Positions 44,267-53,613 are shown, counted from the stretch's first letter. The stretch: DNA of 64,000 nucleotides from Parcubacteria bacterium GBS-2 (GCA_001443025.1 LEKP01000003.1:86652-150651); one strand, 5' to 3'. Translations and numbers: made by a program. The notes: generated by a model not told the origin, from the letters alone.

Positions 44267-45166
44267 CTAAATTTTCAAAAACCTTCTTATCGCAATTAAA
44301 CTTGGAATCGTTCCTAATAAAATTCCAGCAAAAATTTGAATTAAAATCAAGGCTTTCAAATTTGAGTGGAAAACTTCAAAAAGATTTAACCCTTCAAATA
44401 AAATTGAGATTTTTGGTGAGAGAAAGTAACAAGATAATGAGACTATTAAAAGAGAAAGTAAAGCTGATAAAATGCCAGCAAAAATTCCTTGAACTAAAAA
44501 TGGCCCTCTGATGAACCAGTTTGAGGCACCGACCAACTTTTGAACTGAGATTTCTTCTTTAAAATTGATAATGGACAATCTGGTAGTGTTAAAAACAACA
44601 AAAACCGAAATTAAAATCAAAATCAGAGAAACCAAAATGCCTCCTTTTTCTAAATTTGTGCTCAAAGAAAATATTCTTTCTATCAACGGCTTTCTCTCTA
44701 AATAATCGATTTTTTCAATGAGCTCTTCTTTTTCTTTTAGATAAAAAAGTAATTCTTCATACTGGCTGGGTTCTTTTGCTTTAATGCTCAAAGAAGCCAA
44801 AAAAGGATTTTCTCCTATTTCTTTTAAAGCTTCCATTAAAATCGGATTTCTCTGATGTCTCCTTTCAAACTCTTTTAACGCTTCTTCTTTCGAAACAAAA
44901 TCAACTTTAAATTCTGGATTTTTAGAGATTTCTTCTTTGATTTTTAAAATTTCATCTTCTGGCGCTTCTTCTTTAAAGTAAACAGAGACATCAGCTTTTT
45001 CTTTTAAAGAGAAAATTAAAAATTGACTAGTTTTTCTGAAAATAAACAAAAAAGAAATTAAAGAAATTGCAATAAAAAGAATTGATACTGAAGTTAGAAA
45101 GATCTCTCCATCTCTCGTGATTGTTTTAAATCCATATTTAATTGTTCTTTTGAATTGGGTAATCAT
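44267..45166 (-). CDS. ftsX: Cell-division ABC permease-like protein FtsX
   Basis: 299 aa. TM1, extracytoplasmic domain, 3 TM. 4-nt overlap with ftsE. Confidence 0.8.
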   Translation of the reverse strand: MITQFKRTIKYGFKTITRDGEIFLTSVSILFIAISLISFLFIFRKTSQFLIFSLKEKADVSVYFKEEAPEDEILKIKEEISKNPEFKVDFVSKEEALKEFERRHQRNPILMEALKEIGENPFLASLSIKAKEPSQYEELLFYLKEKEELIEKIDYLERKPLIERIFSLSTNLEKGGILVSLILILISVFVVFNTTRLSIINFKEEISVQKLVGASNWFIRGPFLVQGIFAGILSALLSLLIVSLSCYFLSPKISILFEGLNLFEVFHSNLKALILIQIFAGILLGTIPSLIAIRRFLKI

Positions 45167-45855
45167 AAGACAAATTTCCCTTTTTTTTCGTCTCTAACTA
45201 TTTCTCCTTTTTCCAAAGTAATTACCCTCTTTCCTAAAATATCAACGATATTTTTGTCGTGAGTTGCTAAAATTATTGTCGTTCCCATTTGATGAATTTT
45301 TTGAAAAATTTTGAGAATGTCCAAAGTGTTATAAGGGTCTAAGTTTCCAGTTGGTTCATCTGCCAAAATTACTTTTGGTCTTGAAATTAATGCTCTAGCA
45401 ATTGACAATCTTTGCTTTTCCCCTGCTGATAGTTCGCTCGGAAAACTCTCTGCTTTTTCGTTCAAGCCAACAATTTCTAAAACTTTTGGCACATCTCTTT
45501 TTATCTCTTCATCCAAAAAACCGATAACCTCCATCACATAGGCTAAATTTTCAAACGCTGTTTTTGTCGGTAAAAGTTTATAATCTTGAAAAACAACTCC
45601 AATTTCTCTTCTCATTCTTGAAATTTCTCCGTCTTTCATTTTGGTAATATCCTTTCCCTCAAAAAAAATTTTCCCCTCAGTGGGTTTTTCTCCAGCAAAG
45701 ATTAATTTCAAAAGGGTGGTTTTCCCCGCTCCGGATTTTCCAACTATTAAAACAAACTCTCCCTTATCGATTTCAAAAGAAACGTTCTTTAAGGCAAAAA
45801 TTTTTTGTTTGTTTTTTGTCTCAAAAATTTTAGTTACGTTTTGAAATTTTATCAT
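45163..45855 (-). CDS. ftsE: Cell-division ATP-binding protein FtsE
   Basis: GKSGAGKTT, LSAGEKQRLSIARAL, ILADEPTGNLD. Confidence 0.9.
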   Translation of the reverse strand: MIKFQNVTKIFETKNKQKIFALKNVSFEIDKGEFVLIVGKSGAGKTTLLKLIFAGEKPTEGKIFFEGKDITKMKDGEISRMRREIGVVFQDYKLLPTKTAFENLAYVMEVIGFLDEEIKRDVPKVLEIVGLNEKAESFPSELSAGEKQRLSIARALISRPKVILADEPTGNLDPYNTLDILKIFQKIHQMGTTIILATHDKNIVDILGKRVITLEKGEIVRDEKKGKFVL

Positions 45856-46898
45856 ATTTTATTTCTGCCTCGATAAAATCGTCTAAATTCCCTGCAAAGA
45901 CTTCTTCAACATCTTTTTTCTCAACTTTTGTTCTTAAATCTTTCACAAGTTTGTACGGATCTAAAACATAATTTCTAATTTGATTTCCCCAAGAGGGTTC
46001 TATTTTCTTTCCCTTCAATTTTTCAATTTCCTTTTCTTTTTCTTGTTCCATCAATTGATTTATTCTTGCCATCAAAAGCTCGAGTGCCTTTTCTTTATTT
46101 TGGGCTAAAGATCTTTCCGTTTGGCATTTTACAGTGATTCCAGTTGGTAAATGAGTAACCCTCACTGCGGTCATTCTTTTATTTACATATTGTCCTCCAG
46201 CTCCCGAAGCTTTCATATATTCAAATTCCAAATCAGAAGGATTTATCTTAATTTCTTCTTTCTTTATCTTTGGTAAAACCTCAACTAAGACAAAAGAAGT
46301 ATGTCTTAACCCCTTTGCAGAAAAAGGAGAAATTCTTACCAATCTATGTACTCCTCTTTCCCCTTTTAAAATTCCGTAGGCATACTTTCCCTTAACTTCC
46401 AAGGTACAACTTTTTATCCCAATTCTTCCTTCTGGTCCTGGTTCTCCAAAAGATTGATCCAAAATTTCAATTTTGAATCCCTTCTTTGTAAGATATCTTT
46501 GATACATCGAAAGTAAAATCGCAGCAAAATCTTGAGCATCCTTTCCTCCCTGCCCTGCTTCAATGATTAAAATTGCATCTTCTTTGTCATATTTCCCGCT
46601 CAAGAAAAATTCTTTTTCTCTTTGTTCTATTTCTTTCTCCAATTCTTTCAACTCATCCTCTGATTTGACACTTTCGATCTCTAAATTTAATATTTCAAAA
46701 TCTTCAATCTCATCTTTAAGTTTTTTGTATCTTCTTGAAATTTCTTCTGCTTTTTCTTTATCTACCCAAAAACCCTCTTTTTCCATTTCCTTTTTTAAAT
46801 TTTCAATTTCCTTTTTCTTTTTCTCAATTTCAAAGACAGTCCATTAAAAATCGAACTCTTTTTTTTAATTCTTCAATTTTTGATTGAATTTTTTCCAT
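45830..46898 (-). CDS. prfB: Peptide chain release factor 2, with a programmed +1 frameshift at CTT TGA (46835-46830)
   Basis: Frame 0: MEKIQSKIEELKKRVRFLMDCL then TGA. Skipping T46832 continues EIEKKKKEIENLKKEMEKEGFWVDKEKA... into the 45830-46786 ORF. SPF and GGQ motifs are present. Confidence 0.9.
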
Positions 46899-46899
46899 G

Positions 46900-46970
46900 A
46901 GCCGCCCGTCGGACTTGCACCGACACCTATCGCTTACGAAGCGATTGCTCTTCTTTTGAGCTAGGGCGGC
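46900..46970 (-). tRNA. Non-canonical tRNA-Thr (anticodon CGU)
   Basis: GCCGCCC/GGGCGGC acceptor, anticodon arm ATCGC-TTCGTAA-GCGAT, T arm GTCGG-TGCAAGT-CCGAC. The D loop AAAAGAA lacks GG and the T loop has G at position 55. Confidence 0.55.
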
Positions 46971-47139
46971 ATCTAGGAAGGGGTGACAGACCGATCGATC
47001 TTTTTAAGATGATCGGGCGCCATGGAGGGGGAACCTAGGTTCCCCCTATGGAGGGTGAGCCGAAACCCCATGTGAAATTTTCACGATGGGGTGCCAGCAT
47101 AAAGTGCTGGGGAGGCTCACCCTAGGGGTGTAGGGTGCA
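46971..47139 (-). ncRNA. Unassigned GC-rich structured RNA between two tRNAs
   Basis: Nested stems: GGGTGAGCC/GGCTCACCC enclosing CCAGCA-CTTTA-TGCTGG and CCCCAT...ATGGGG; then GGGGGAACCTAGGTTCCCCC and CCGATCATCTT-AAA-AAGATCGATCGG. GC content is far above the flanks. No ORF. Confidence 0.4.
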
Positions 47140-47211
47140 AGCGGGTGAGGGGAATCGAACCCCCACTTCGACCTTGGGAAGGTCGCGTACTAGCCTTTAT
47201 ACTACACCCGC
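47140..47211 (-). tRNA. tRNA-Gly (anticodon CCC)
   Basis: GCGGGTG/CACCCGC acceptor, D loop AAAGGCTA, anticodon arm CGACC-TTCCCAA-GGTCG, T arm GGGGG-TTCGATT-CCCCT, U73. Confidence 0.9.
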
Positions 47212-47212
47212 A

Positions 47213-47572
47213 TTATTTTTGGAAAAAATTGATTATCCTTTGCCAAATCGTTTCTGATTTTTCTTCTTTCTCTTCTTGTTCTCTAATCTTTTTTATTACA
47301 ATCGCCTCTTCCCCTTCTTTTACATATCCTTCTTCCCTTGCCTTTTCTTCCCAGTAACTTTCACTTTTTGCCTTTGAGATTGCTTTTTTTAATTCTTCAT
47401 TCCTCTTTTCCAAAATTTGAAGTTCTGTTTGCAATTTTTCAATTTCTTTGTTTAAATCTCTTCTTTTAGTTTCGATTCTTAAATTTGAAATTGCCAAAAA
47501 AATTATTAGAAATGTCGAAATCAAGAAAAGAAAAATTTGAAATTTCTTTTGATCTTCTCTTTTTATTCTCAC
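47213..47572 (-). CDS. Septum formation initiator-like (FtsB/DivIC family) protein
   Basis: 119 aa. N-terminal TM, then a coiled coil (LNKEIEKLQTELQILEKRNEELKKAISKAKSESYWEEKAREEGYVKEGE). GTG start. Confidence 0.6.
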   Translation of the reverse strand: MRIKREDQKKFQIFLFLISTFLIIFLAISNLRIETKRRDLNKEIEKLQTELQILEKRNEELKKAISKAKSESYWEEKAREEGYVKEGEEAIVIKKIREQEEKEEKSETIWQRIINFFQK

Positions 47573-47592
47573 ATTTCATTCTAACAAAAAAG

Positions 47593-48048
47593 CCCAAAAG
47601 TAGGTAGTAGGCCGGATTCTGTTTCTACGCCACCATCTGTCTGGGCCAGAGATTTCTCCCTGGCTCAAGCGTGCTCAGAGAAATCGGAGGCAACACCCCA
47701 ATTTCTCTCGCACTTGCACCCCGCAGGGATTTAGCCGTTTCACCCTCCCCTTTGCAAAAATTTGCTTATAGGGAGGCTATCCCCCCAGATGTATATCTGG
47801 GGGGACCCCCAAGGGTTACCCCTTGGAGCGTCTCTGTTCGCACCCCTCACCTCACGGTGGCCGGGCGTTACCCGGAGCGTTTCCCCCAGATGTACATCTG
47901 GGGGAAGGTGTCCGGACCTTCCTCCCCCCACCATTCTTTGTTTAATAAACCCACTTCTCAATAAATACCTTAATTCAAAAACTTAATTTTTTATTACTTC
48001 TTTATTCCCCAAAAAATGGTGGGGGGCGGTGGCGCCCCTACTTTTGGG
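47593..48048 (-). ncRNA. rnpB: RNase P RNA (bacterial type) with an enlarged AT-rich P3
   Basis: Minus strand GAGGAAGGUCCGGAC (P4 5' half), CCGGGUAACGCCCGG (P8), ACAGAAUCCGGCCUAC (P4 3' half). P1 pairing CCCAAAAGUAGG/CCUACUUUUGGG. Confidence 0.85.
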
Positions 48049-48086
48049 CAGTTGGAATTTTAACAAATTCAAATATTTTTGTCAAA

Positions 48087-48521
48087 TTAAAAAAGCGGTT
48101 TTCCTAAAGAATTTAAAGTTTGATTGACTAATTTATCTGCCTCTTTATTTTTCTCCCTCGGGATCAATTTGAATTTTACTTTTTTAAAATCTAATTTTAA
48201 ATTCCAAAGTTCTAAAAAAAGAGACTGAAGGTTTTTTTCTAAGATCTTGTATTTCCCGTTCATTTGATTTACCAAAAGTTCAGAATCCGATCTTATTTCG
48301 ATTTCAGTCTCCTTTGCTAATTTTTTCCCAAAAATGGCCTTAAATTTCTTTAAGGCAAAAATTGCTGCTTTGTATTCTGCTTCATTATTTGTCAATTTTC
48401 CTAAGTACTCTGAAAATTTTTTAAAGCAATTTTTCTTTTCATTACAAAATAAAACACCAACTGCTGCAGGACCCGGGTTTCCTCTCGCCCCTCCATCAAC
48501 ATAAATTATTATTTTCTTCAT
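48087..48521 (-). CDS. rnhA: Ribonuclease HI
   Basis: YVDGGARGNPGPAA, NNEAEYKA, RSDSELLV, KEADKLVN (DEDD residues). Confidence 0.8.
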   Translation of the reverse strand: MKKIIIYVDGGARGNPGPAAVGVLFCNEKKNCFKKFSEYLGKLTNNEAEYKAAIFALKKFKAIFGKKLAKETEIEIRSDSELLVNQMNGKYKILEKNLQSLFLELWNLKLDFKKVKFKLIPREKNKEADKLVNQTLNSLGKPLF

Positions 48522-49638
48522 AATTTTTTATCAGACATTCCTTAAATTTTTCTAAATTCTCGTTCTTTATCCTAAAGCCTGAAGCAGAAGGATGACCTCC
48601 GAAAGAAATTAATAATTCTTTGCATTTTTTCATCCATTCAACACTATCTATTCCAGGTGGTACTCTAACTGTCCCTTGGCTTTCATTTTCAAAGATTTTA
48701 TAAATAAAGGTTGGTTTTTGATATTTTTGACAAAGTTGAGAAGCAACAATTGAAATTACGCTAAAATTCCACTCTTTACTTCCCTCAAAAATTATTTTGT
48801 CTTCTCTCTTAATTTTCTCCTCAATAAAGTTCAAGATCTTTTCAACTTCTTTTTTCCTTTCTTTGCTTTTCTTAATTAATTTTTCTACTAATTCTTCCAC
48901 TTTTCTAAAATCTGATTCTGTAAGTATTCTATAAGAAGCGGGTAAGTTATTTTCCACATCTCTTACGTTCAAAATCGAAATTACTTTAGTAATCTCCTTT
49001 GGTAACTCAAAAATTTTAGAAAAAACTTGAAAAGCTGGCCTCCAAGAATTCTTAAGATAAACCAACCCTTCTTCTGTCAAAACCTTATTTTCCCCAACTT
49101 GAGGCATCATATCTGCTAAAGTAGCTAAAGCCACTAACTCTAAAAAGTTTTTTCTTAGAGGACTAGTCATTTTTTCTCCTAACATTTTCTCTGCCAATTT
49201 AAAAACTATTCCAACAGTCGCTAGATCTTTAAAGGGGTATTGGTCGTCTCTTTGTTTTGGATCGACTATGATGTCTGCTTTAGGTAATTCATCCAAAACT
49301 TGGTGATGATCGATTACAATTACGAAAAATCCATAATTTTTTGCAATTTCTATCTCTTTAAAATTTGAAATTCCACAATCTAAGGAAATAAAAAGAGCGG
49401 GCGAAAATTTCTTAAGCGAAATTAAGCCTTTTTCAGAAATCCCGTATCCCTCAACTTCTCTCTCTGGAAAATAAACTGCATCAATTTTTCCACCCAAGTT
49501 TTTGATTGTTTCCTTCAAAATAATAACAGAGCATACTCCGTCTAAATCGGAATCACCATAAATTAGAATTCTTTCCCTTTTTTTAATTGCTTCAAGAATT
49601 CTTTGTGCAGCTTTTTCTAAATTTTTAATTTCCATCAT
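48496..49638 (-). CDS. DHH/DHHA1 family phosphoesterase (short RecJ-like)
   Basis: IYGDSDLDGVCS, VIDHHQV, GGHPSASGF. Confidence 0.7.
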   Translation of the reverse strand: MMEIKNLEKAAQRILEAIKKRERILIYGDSDLDGVCSVIILKETIKNLGGKIDAVYFPEREVEGYGISEKGLISLKKFSPALFISLDCGISNFKEIEIAKNYGFFVIVIDHHQVLDELPKADIIVDPKQRDDQYPFKDLATVGIVFKLAEKMLGEKMTSPLRKNFLELVALATLADMMPQVGENKVLTEEGLVYLKNSWRPAFQVFSKIFELPKEITKVISILNVRDVENNLPASYRILTESDFRKVEELVEKLIKKSKERKKEVEKILNFIEEKIKREDKIIFEGSKEWNFSVISIVASQLCQKYQKPTFIYKIFENESQGTVRVPPGIDSVEWMKKCKELLISFGGHPSASGFRIKNENLEKFKECLIKNYEENNNLC

Positions 49639-50671
49639 ATTTTAAAGCCTCTAACCCTGGCATCCTTTTCCCCGCTAAAAATTCAAGCATTGCTCCTCCT
49701 CCGGTCGAAACAAAATCGAATTTTTTCAAAAGAGAAAATTTATTTAAAAATTCAATTGTATCTCCACCTCCTACAACAGAAAAAAGTTTTCTTTTTAATC
49801 TCCCAATTTCCTTTGCAATTTCCAAAGTCCCTTTCTGATACTTTTCATCTTCAATTTTCCCAAGAGGTCCTGCCCAAAACAATGTTTTTGCGTTTTTAAT
49901 CTTTTCTTTAAAAATCTCTATGGTTTTTGGATCAATATCCAATGCATCTTTATCTTCCAAAGGAAAAATCACTTTCTCAATATTTTTTACTTTAATTCTT
50001 CCTTCTTTTATTTCATTTGCCACTAAATTTCCAACCAAAACCCAATCCGCATACTTTGTAAAATTTTCGACTACCTTTGCTTTATCTTCAACTTTTTTTC
50101 CTCCGATTATTACCACTAATGGCCTTTTGGGTTTTTTTAAAATTTTCGAAAGGGTCTTCACTTCAGACACCAAATTAGGGCCTGCAAAAGAAGGAAGATA
50201 TTTTGTAATTTTAGTTACAGAAGCTTGATTTCTATGACAAACTGAAAAAGCGTCGTTAATAAACACTTCTCCCAAACTTGCTAAATTTTTAGCAAAGTTT
50301 TCATCCCCTTCTATCTCTCCCTTGTAGAACCTAATATTTTCTAAAAGCAAAACTTCGCCTTCTTTCATTTTATTTATTTCCTCTTTTACTTTTTCTAGTT
50401 CAATCGGTCCAATAATTTTTTTTCTCAAATATTTTTCAAGAACTTTTTTTACAGGCCTTAAGGAAAATTCTTCCTTGAATTCTCCTTTTGGTCTTCCCAA
50501 ATGAGAAATTAGAATTATTTTTGCTTTTTTCTTAATTAGTTTTTTAATCACCGGAATTTCAACTTTAATCCTGTAATCATCCAAAATTTTCCCTCCCTCA
50601 AGCGGAACGTTAAAATCGACTCTTAACAAAATCTTTTTTGATTTTAGGTTTAATCTATTTATTTTTTTCAT
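49625..50671 (-). CDS. pgk: Phosphoglycerate kinase (short form)
   Basis: LLRVDFNVPL, SHLGRPKG, GGGDTIEF, GGGAMLEFL. Confidence 0.85.
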   Translation of the reverse strand: MKKINRLNLKSKKILLRVDFNVPLEGGKILDDYRIKVEIPVIKKLIKKKAKIILISHLGRPKGEFKEEFSLRPVKKVLEKYLRKKIIGPIELEKVKEEINKMKEGEVLLLENIRFYKGEIEGDENFAKNLASLGEVFINDAFSVCHRNQASVTKITKYLPSFAGPNLVSEVKTLSKILKKPKRPLVVIIGGKKVEDKAKVVENFTKYADWVLVGNLVANEIKEGRIKVKNIEKVIFPLEDKDALDIDPKTIEIFKEKIKNAKTLFWAGPLGKIEDEKYQKGTLEIAKEIGRLKRKLFSVVGGGDTIEFLNKFSLLKKFDFVSTGGGAMLEFLAGKRMPGLEALKYDGN

Positions 50672-52226
50672 TTCTCTTTAAGATTCTTTCTAAGACCTTT
50701 TTTACACTTTCAACATCAACGAATTCCTTTTTCTTGGGTTTTTCTTCCCTTGGTCTAAGGGAAGATAGAGAAATTGTATCTTCTTTTTCAACTTTTTTCA
50801 AACAGTCTTTACAATAAATTTTCTTGGAAGAATTAGGGGGAAAAGGAACTTTTATTTTCTTTTCGCATTTTACGCACCGAACCTCATACAAAATTTGAGT
50901 CCTTGGCCGAGAAGGTAAGGTTTGGATTTGAGTCCCTGCCCATTTTTCTATTTTTTGTTCGATTATTTCCTTTGGAGTTCCGTATCTTTCTCTCGAAACT
51001 TTGACAATTGTCTCTTTATAAGATTTCGAGGGTTTTTCCATTTTTGGAAGAGTAACTGCAGAAAAAGGACTACTCGTTATTCCGTCAATCATCAATTTGA
51101 CGCAAACATGATACTTTTCAAGATTAATCAAGTCTTCAACTGTAAATTCTGGTTCAAATTCTCTTATTAAAAATTCTGCATCTTCTGCACCAATCCTAAA
51201 AACGATTATTGTCCCAACATTTCCAAAAACTGCATCTCTAACTCTTGTACTTTTGCCAAAGGGAGTCATTTCTTCTAATTGAGCAAGATATTGATGAGCT
51301 AAAACTAAAGATAATCTATACTTCCTCGCCTCAGATAAAATACTGACAAATGCTTCCGTTGCAAAATTTTGAAATTCATCAACATAAAGGAAAAAGTCTC
51401 TTCTTTCTTCTTCAGGAATATCCACTCGGGACATAGCTGCCAATTGCAATTTGGTTATCAAAAGAGCTCCCAATAACCTTGAATTGTCTTCTCCGATTTT
51501 ACCTTTTGAAAGATTAGCAATTAGAATTTTCCCCTCGTCCATTATTTTCCTCATATCAATTTTTGATTTAACTTGACCAATAATATTTCTGATTAAAGGG
51601 TTAGAAATAAATTGACCGACTTTGTTTTGAATGGCAGCCGTCGCTTCAACTTCGTACGATTGCGTATACCTCGCAAACTCATTTACCCAAAAAGATTTAA
51701 CCACCGGATCGGTAATTTTTTCAACTACTTTTTTTCGGTATTCCGGATCTGCCAACATTCGATTAATAGATAAAAGGGTAGTATTAGGATATTCCAAAAG
51801 GGCCAAAATCGTGTTGTTTAAAATGTATTCCATTCTTGCTGACCAAACATCCGGCCAGATCTTTTTGAAAACTCCCATCAATCCTGCAGCAACCAAATGT
51901 CTGTGTTCTGGGGTTACTCTTTCCATAACATTAAATGCGATCGGAAAGTCAATATCTGCAGGGTTAAAATAAACGACATCGTTGATTCTGCTTTTTGGAA
52001 TGTAATCTAAAAGTTCCTCCGCCGCTTCACCATGTGGATCGATAAATCCTATTCCTCTCCCTGCTAAGATATCTTGAATTGCCATATTCTCAAGCAAAAC
52101 AGTTTTCCCCATCCCTGTCTTACCAATAACGTATACATGACGTCTCCTATCATCTAATTTTATCCCGAAGCGCTTTCTTTGATTTCTAAAAATAGTCTCT
52201 CCCAAAATTGTAATGTCTTGTTCCAT
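50655..52226 (-). CDS. VirD4/TraG/HerA-like P-loop ATPase without an N-terminal TM, with a C-terminal zinc ribbon
   Basis: Walker A GKTGMGKT, Walker B FFLYVDEFQNF. C-terminus CVKCEKKIKVPFPPNSSKKIYCKDC. Confidence 0.7.
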   Translation of the reverse strand: MEQDITILGETIFRNQRKRFGIKLDDRRRHVYVIGKTGMGKTVLLENMAIQDILAGRGIGFIDPHGEAAEELLDYIPKSRINDVVYFNPADIDFPIAFNVMERVTPEHRHLVAAGLMGVFKKIWPDVWSARMEYILNNTILALLEYPNTTLLSINRMLADPEYRKKVVEKITDPVVKSFWVNEFARYTQSYEVEATAAIQNKVGQFISNPLIRNIIGQVKSKIDMRKIMDEGKILIANLSKGKIGEDNSRLLGALLITKLQLAAMSRVDIPEEERRDFFLYVDEFQNFATEAFVSILSEARKYRLSLVLAHQYLAQLEEMTPFGKSTRVRDAVFGNVGTIIVFRIGAEDAEFLIREFEPEFTVEDLINLEKYHVCVKLMIDGITSSPFSAVTLPKMEKPSKSYKETIVKVSRERYGTPKEIIEQKIEKWAGTQIQTLPSRPRTQILYEVRCVKCEKKIKVPFPPNSSKKIYCKDCLKKVEKEDTISLSSLRPREEKPKKKEFVDVESVKKVLERILKRNEKNK

Positions 52227-52229
52227 ACC

Positions 52230-53612
52230 TTATTTGGTTGATAATTCTGGTGGAGGCCCAACTTTTTTGGCTTCCACTCTTGGAACTGTTGGTAGATAAA
52301 CTTTAATTGGAAAGTGAAAAATAGTTGCTAGTTCTTCACTGCTCAAAATCAATATTGACCTTCTCCCAGGGGGAATTCTATAACCAAAAAGTGTCAAAAA
52401 CTTTATAAAAGGAGGGGGTTCTCCGACGAAGTTCCATGGAAAAAAAGAGGGCACTCTTTCAATATAATCTCTTAATCTCTGTCTTTTTCTAAGATAAAGC
52501 CTTCTCTCTTTAAGCCAATAATGAATCCTAGCTCTTGTTGCTCCAAAAAACATTATAATGTTTAAATTTCTAGCACTAAAGGTTGGTGTAAGATATCCTC
52601 TATAAATGAAAGCGTTCCCAAAATTATACGGTTGGTCTTTTCTACAAATATAAATAGATCTCATCCAACAAACGAAGTTATTCTTCTGAGTTTTTCTTTC
52701 TATTGCATGAAGAGTTTCTTTTTCCTCTGGCGTCATTCTCAACTCAGGGGCTATTATTTCCAATGGTTTTTCTCCTTTTTTCGGTTCTTCCATAGGGAAA
52801 AAGATTTTGAAAAATCCTTTAACAAAACTAAACAATTCATCCATTAGCATATTGATTAATCCTTTTGGTGGAGGGGGTATTTCTCTCTTCGTTAATTTAA
52901 GGATTTCCTTTTTTGCCTCCCCCAACCAAGGAAGCTGAGAGTCAATAAAAGGAAGACAAACTATTTGAAACCAAAGTTGTTCTCCAGATTTTAACTGAGA
53001 AAGATTTTCTAAAAGGTTGTGCATTGGATCTAATCTCTTTTCTTCTATCGCTCTCTTTTCCTCCTCAGGTCTTTCAATAAACATCGTGTAAGTCTTAATC
53101 GGAAAATGATCTGGCTTCACAAACGTGTAATCTTCCGCATTCAAGTCCCATTTTTCATTAGGGATATCTTTAGGGATTTTTTGAGTATAATCTTCAACAA
53201 GCGTAATCTCTGCGTCAGGATACTGAGAATAAATTGCAGACTCCGCTGATCTCCTAAAGACATCAGGGATTCTTAAAAAAAAGTGTATTTTTCCTCCAAA
53301 AGAACAAATCTCAAAAGAAAACCAGCCAGCATAACCTAAAGGAAAAGCTCCCCTACACCACCTTTCTCTCCAATTGGGATCATCAAGAAGGCCGTAGAAA
53401 AGATTATAAAGCTCTTCCATAGCAGAAAATGGTTTAACAATTTCTTTTGGGGGTTTTATTTCGAGAAAAATCCAATTGAAGGTTTTTTTGTAAAAAACTT
53501 CCCATCTCATCCACCAAAAATAAAAAAACCTGGCAATGGGAAAAAAAAGAAGAGGAAAGAAAAACCACCACCAGTTTTTACAAATTTGAGTAATGAAAAA
53601 GGAAATTTCCAT
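52230..53612 (-). CDS. Hypothetical membrane protein (Trp/Phe-rich N-terminal TMs plus a large soluble domain)
   Basis: 460 aa. 3-nt gap to the ATPase gene. No motif recognised. Confidence 0.55.
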   Translation of the reverse strand: MEISFFITQICKNWWWFFFPLLFFPIARFFYFWWMRWEVFYKKTFNWIFLEIKPPKEIVKPFSAMEELYNLFYGLLDDPNWRERWCRGAFPLGYAGWFSFEICSFGGKIHFFLRIPDVFRRSAESAIYSQYPDAEITLVEDYTQKIPKDIPNEKWDLNAEDYTFVKPDHFPIKTYTMFIERPEEEKRAIEEKRLDPMHNLLENLSQLKSGEQLWFQIVCLPFIDSQLPWLGEAKKEILKLTKREIPPPPKGLINMLMDELFSFVKGFFKIFFPMEEPKKGEKPLEIIAPELRMTPEEKETLHAIERKTQKNNFVCWMRSIYICRKDQPYNFGNAFIYRGYLTPTFSARNLNIIMFFGATRARIHYWLKERRLYLRKRQRLRDYIERVPSFFPWNFVGEPPPFIKFLTLFGYRIPPGRRSILILSSEELATIFHFPIKVYLPTVPRVEAKKVGPPPELSTK

Positions 53613-53613
53613 G

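Noticed and set aside
451-46832. UGA recoding (genetic code 25/4), as in some candidate phyla
   Set aside because: TGA terminates well-aligned genes (hsdR, eno, pdaD, secA). An RF2 gene with a UGA-dependent autoregulatory frameshift is also present.
46971-47139. Identity of the structured RNA as SRP (4.5S), tmRNA, 6S, 5S or a T-box
   Set aside because: It has no GNAR-capped helix-8 motif (GGAAGCAGC-like), no tmRNA tag ORF or canonical T arm, no long closing helix with a central bubble, and no T-box sequence. It therefore remains unassigned rather than named.
47671-47986. Three overlapping ORFs (97, 73 and 74 aa) in a GC-rich stretch
   Set aside because: They lie entirely inside the RNase P RNA gene. 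The proteins are Pro/Gly/Arg-rich low-complexity artefacts of the GC-rich RNA sequence.
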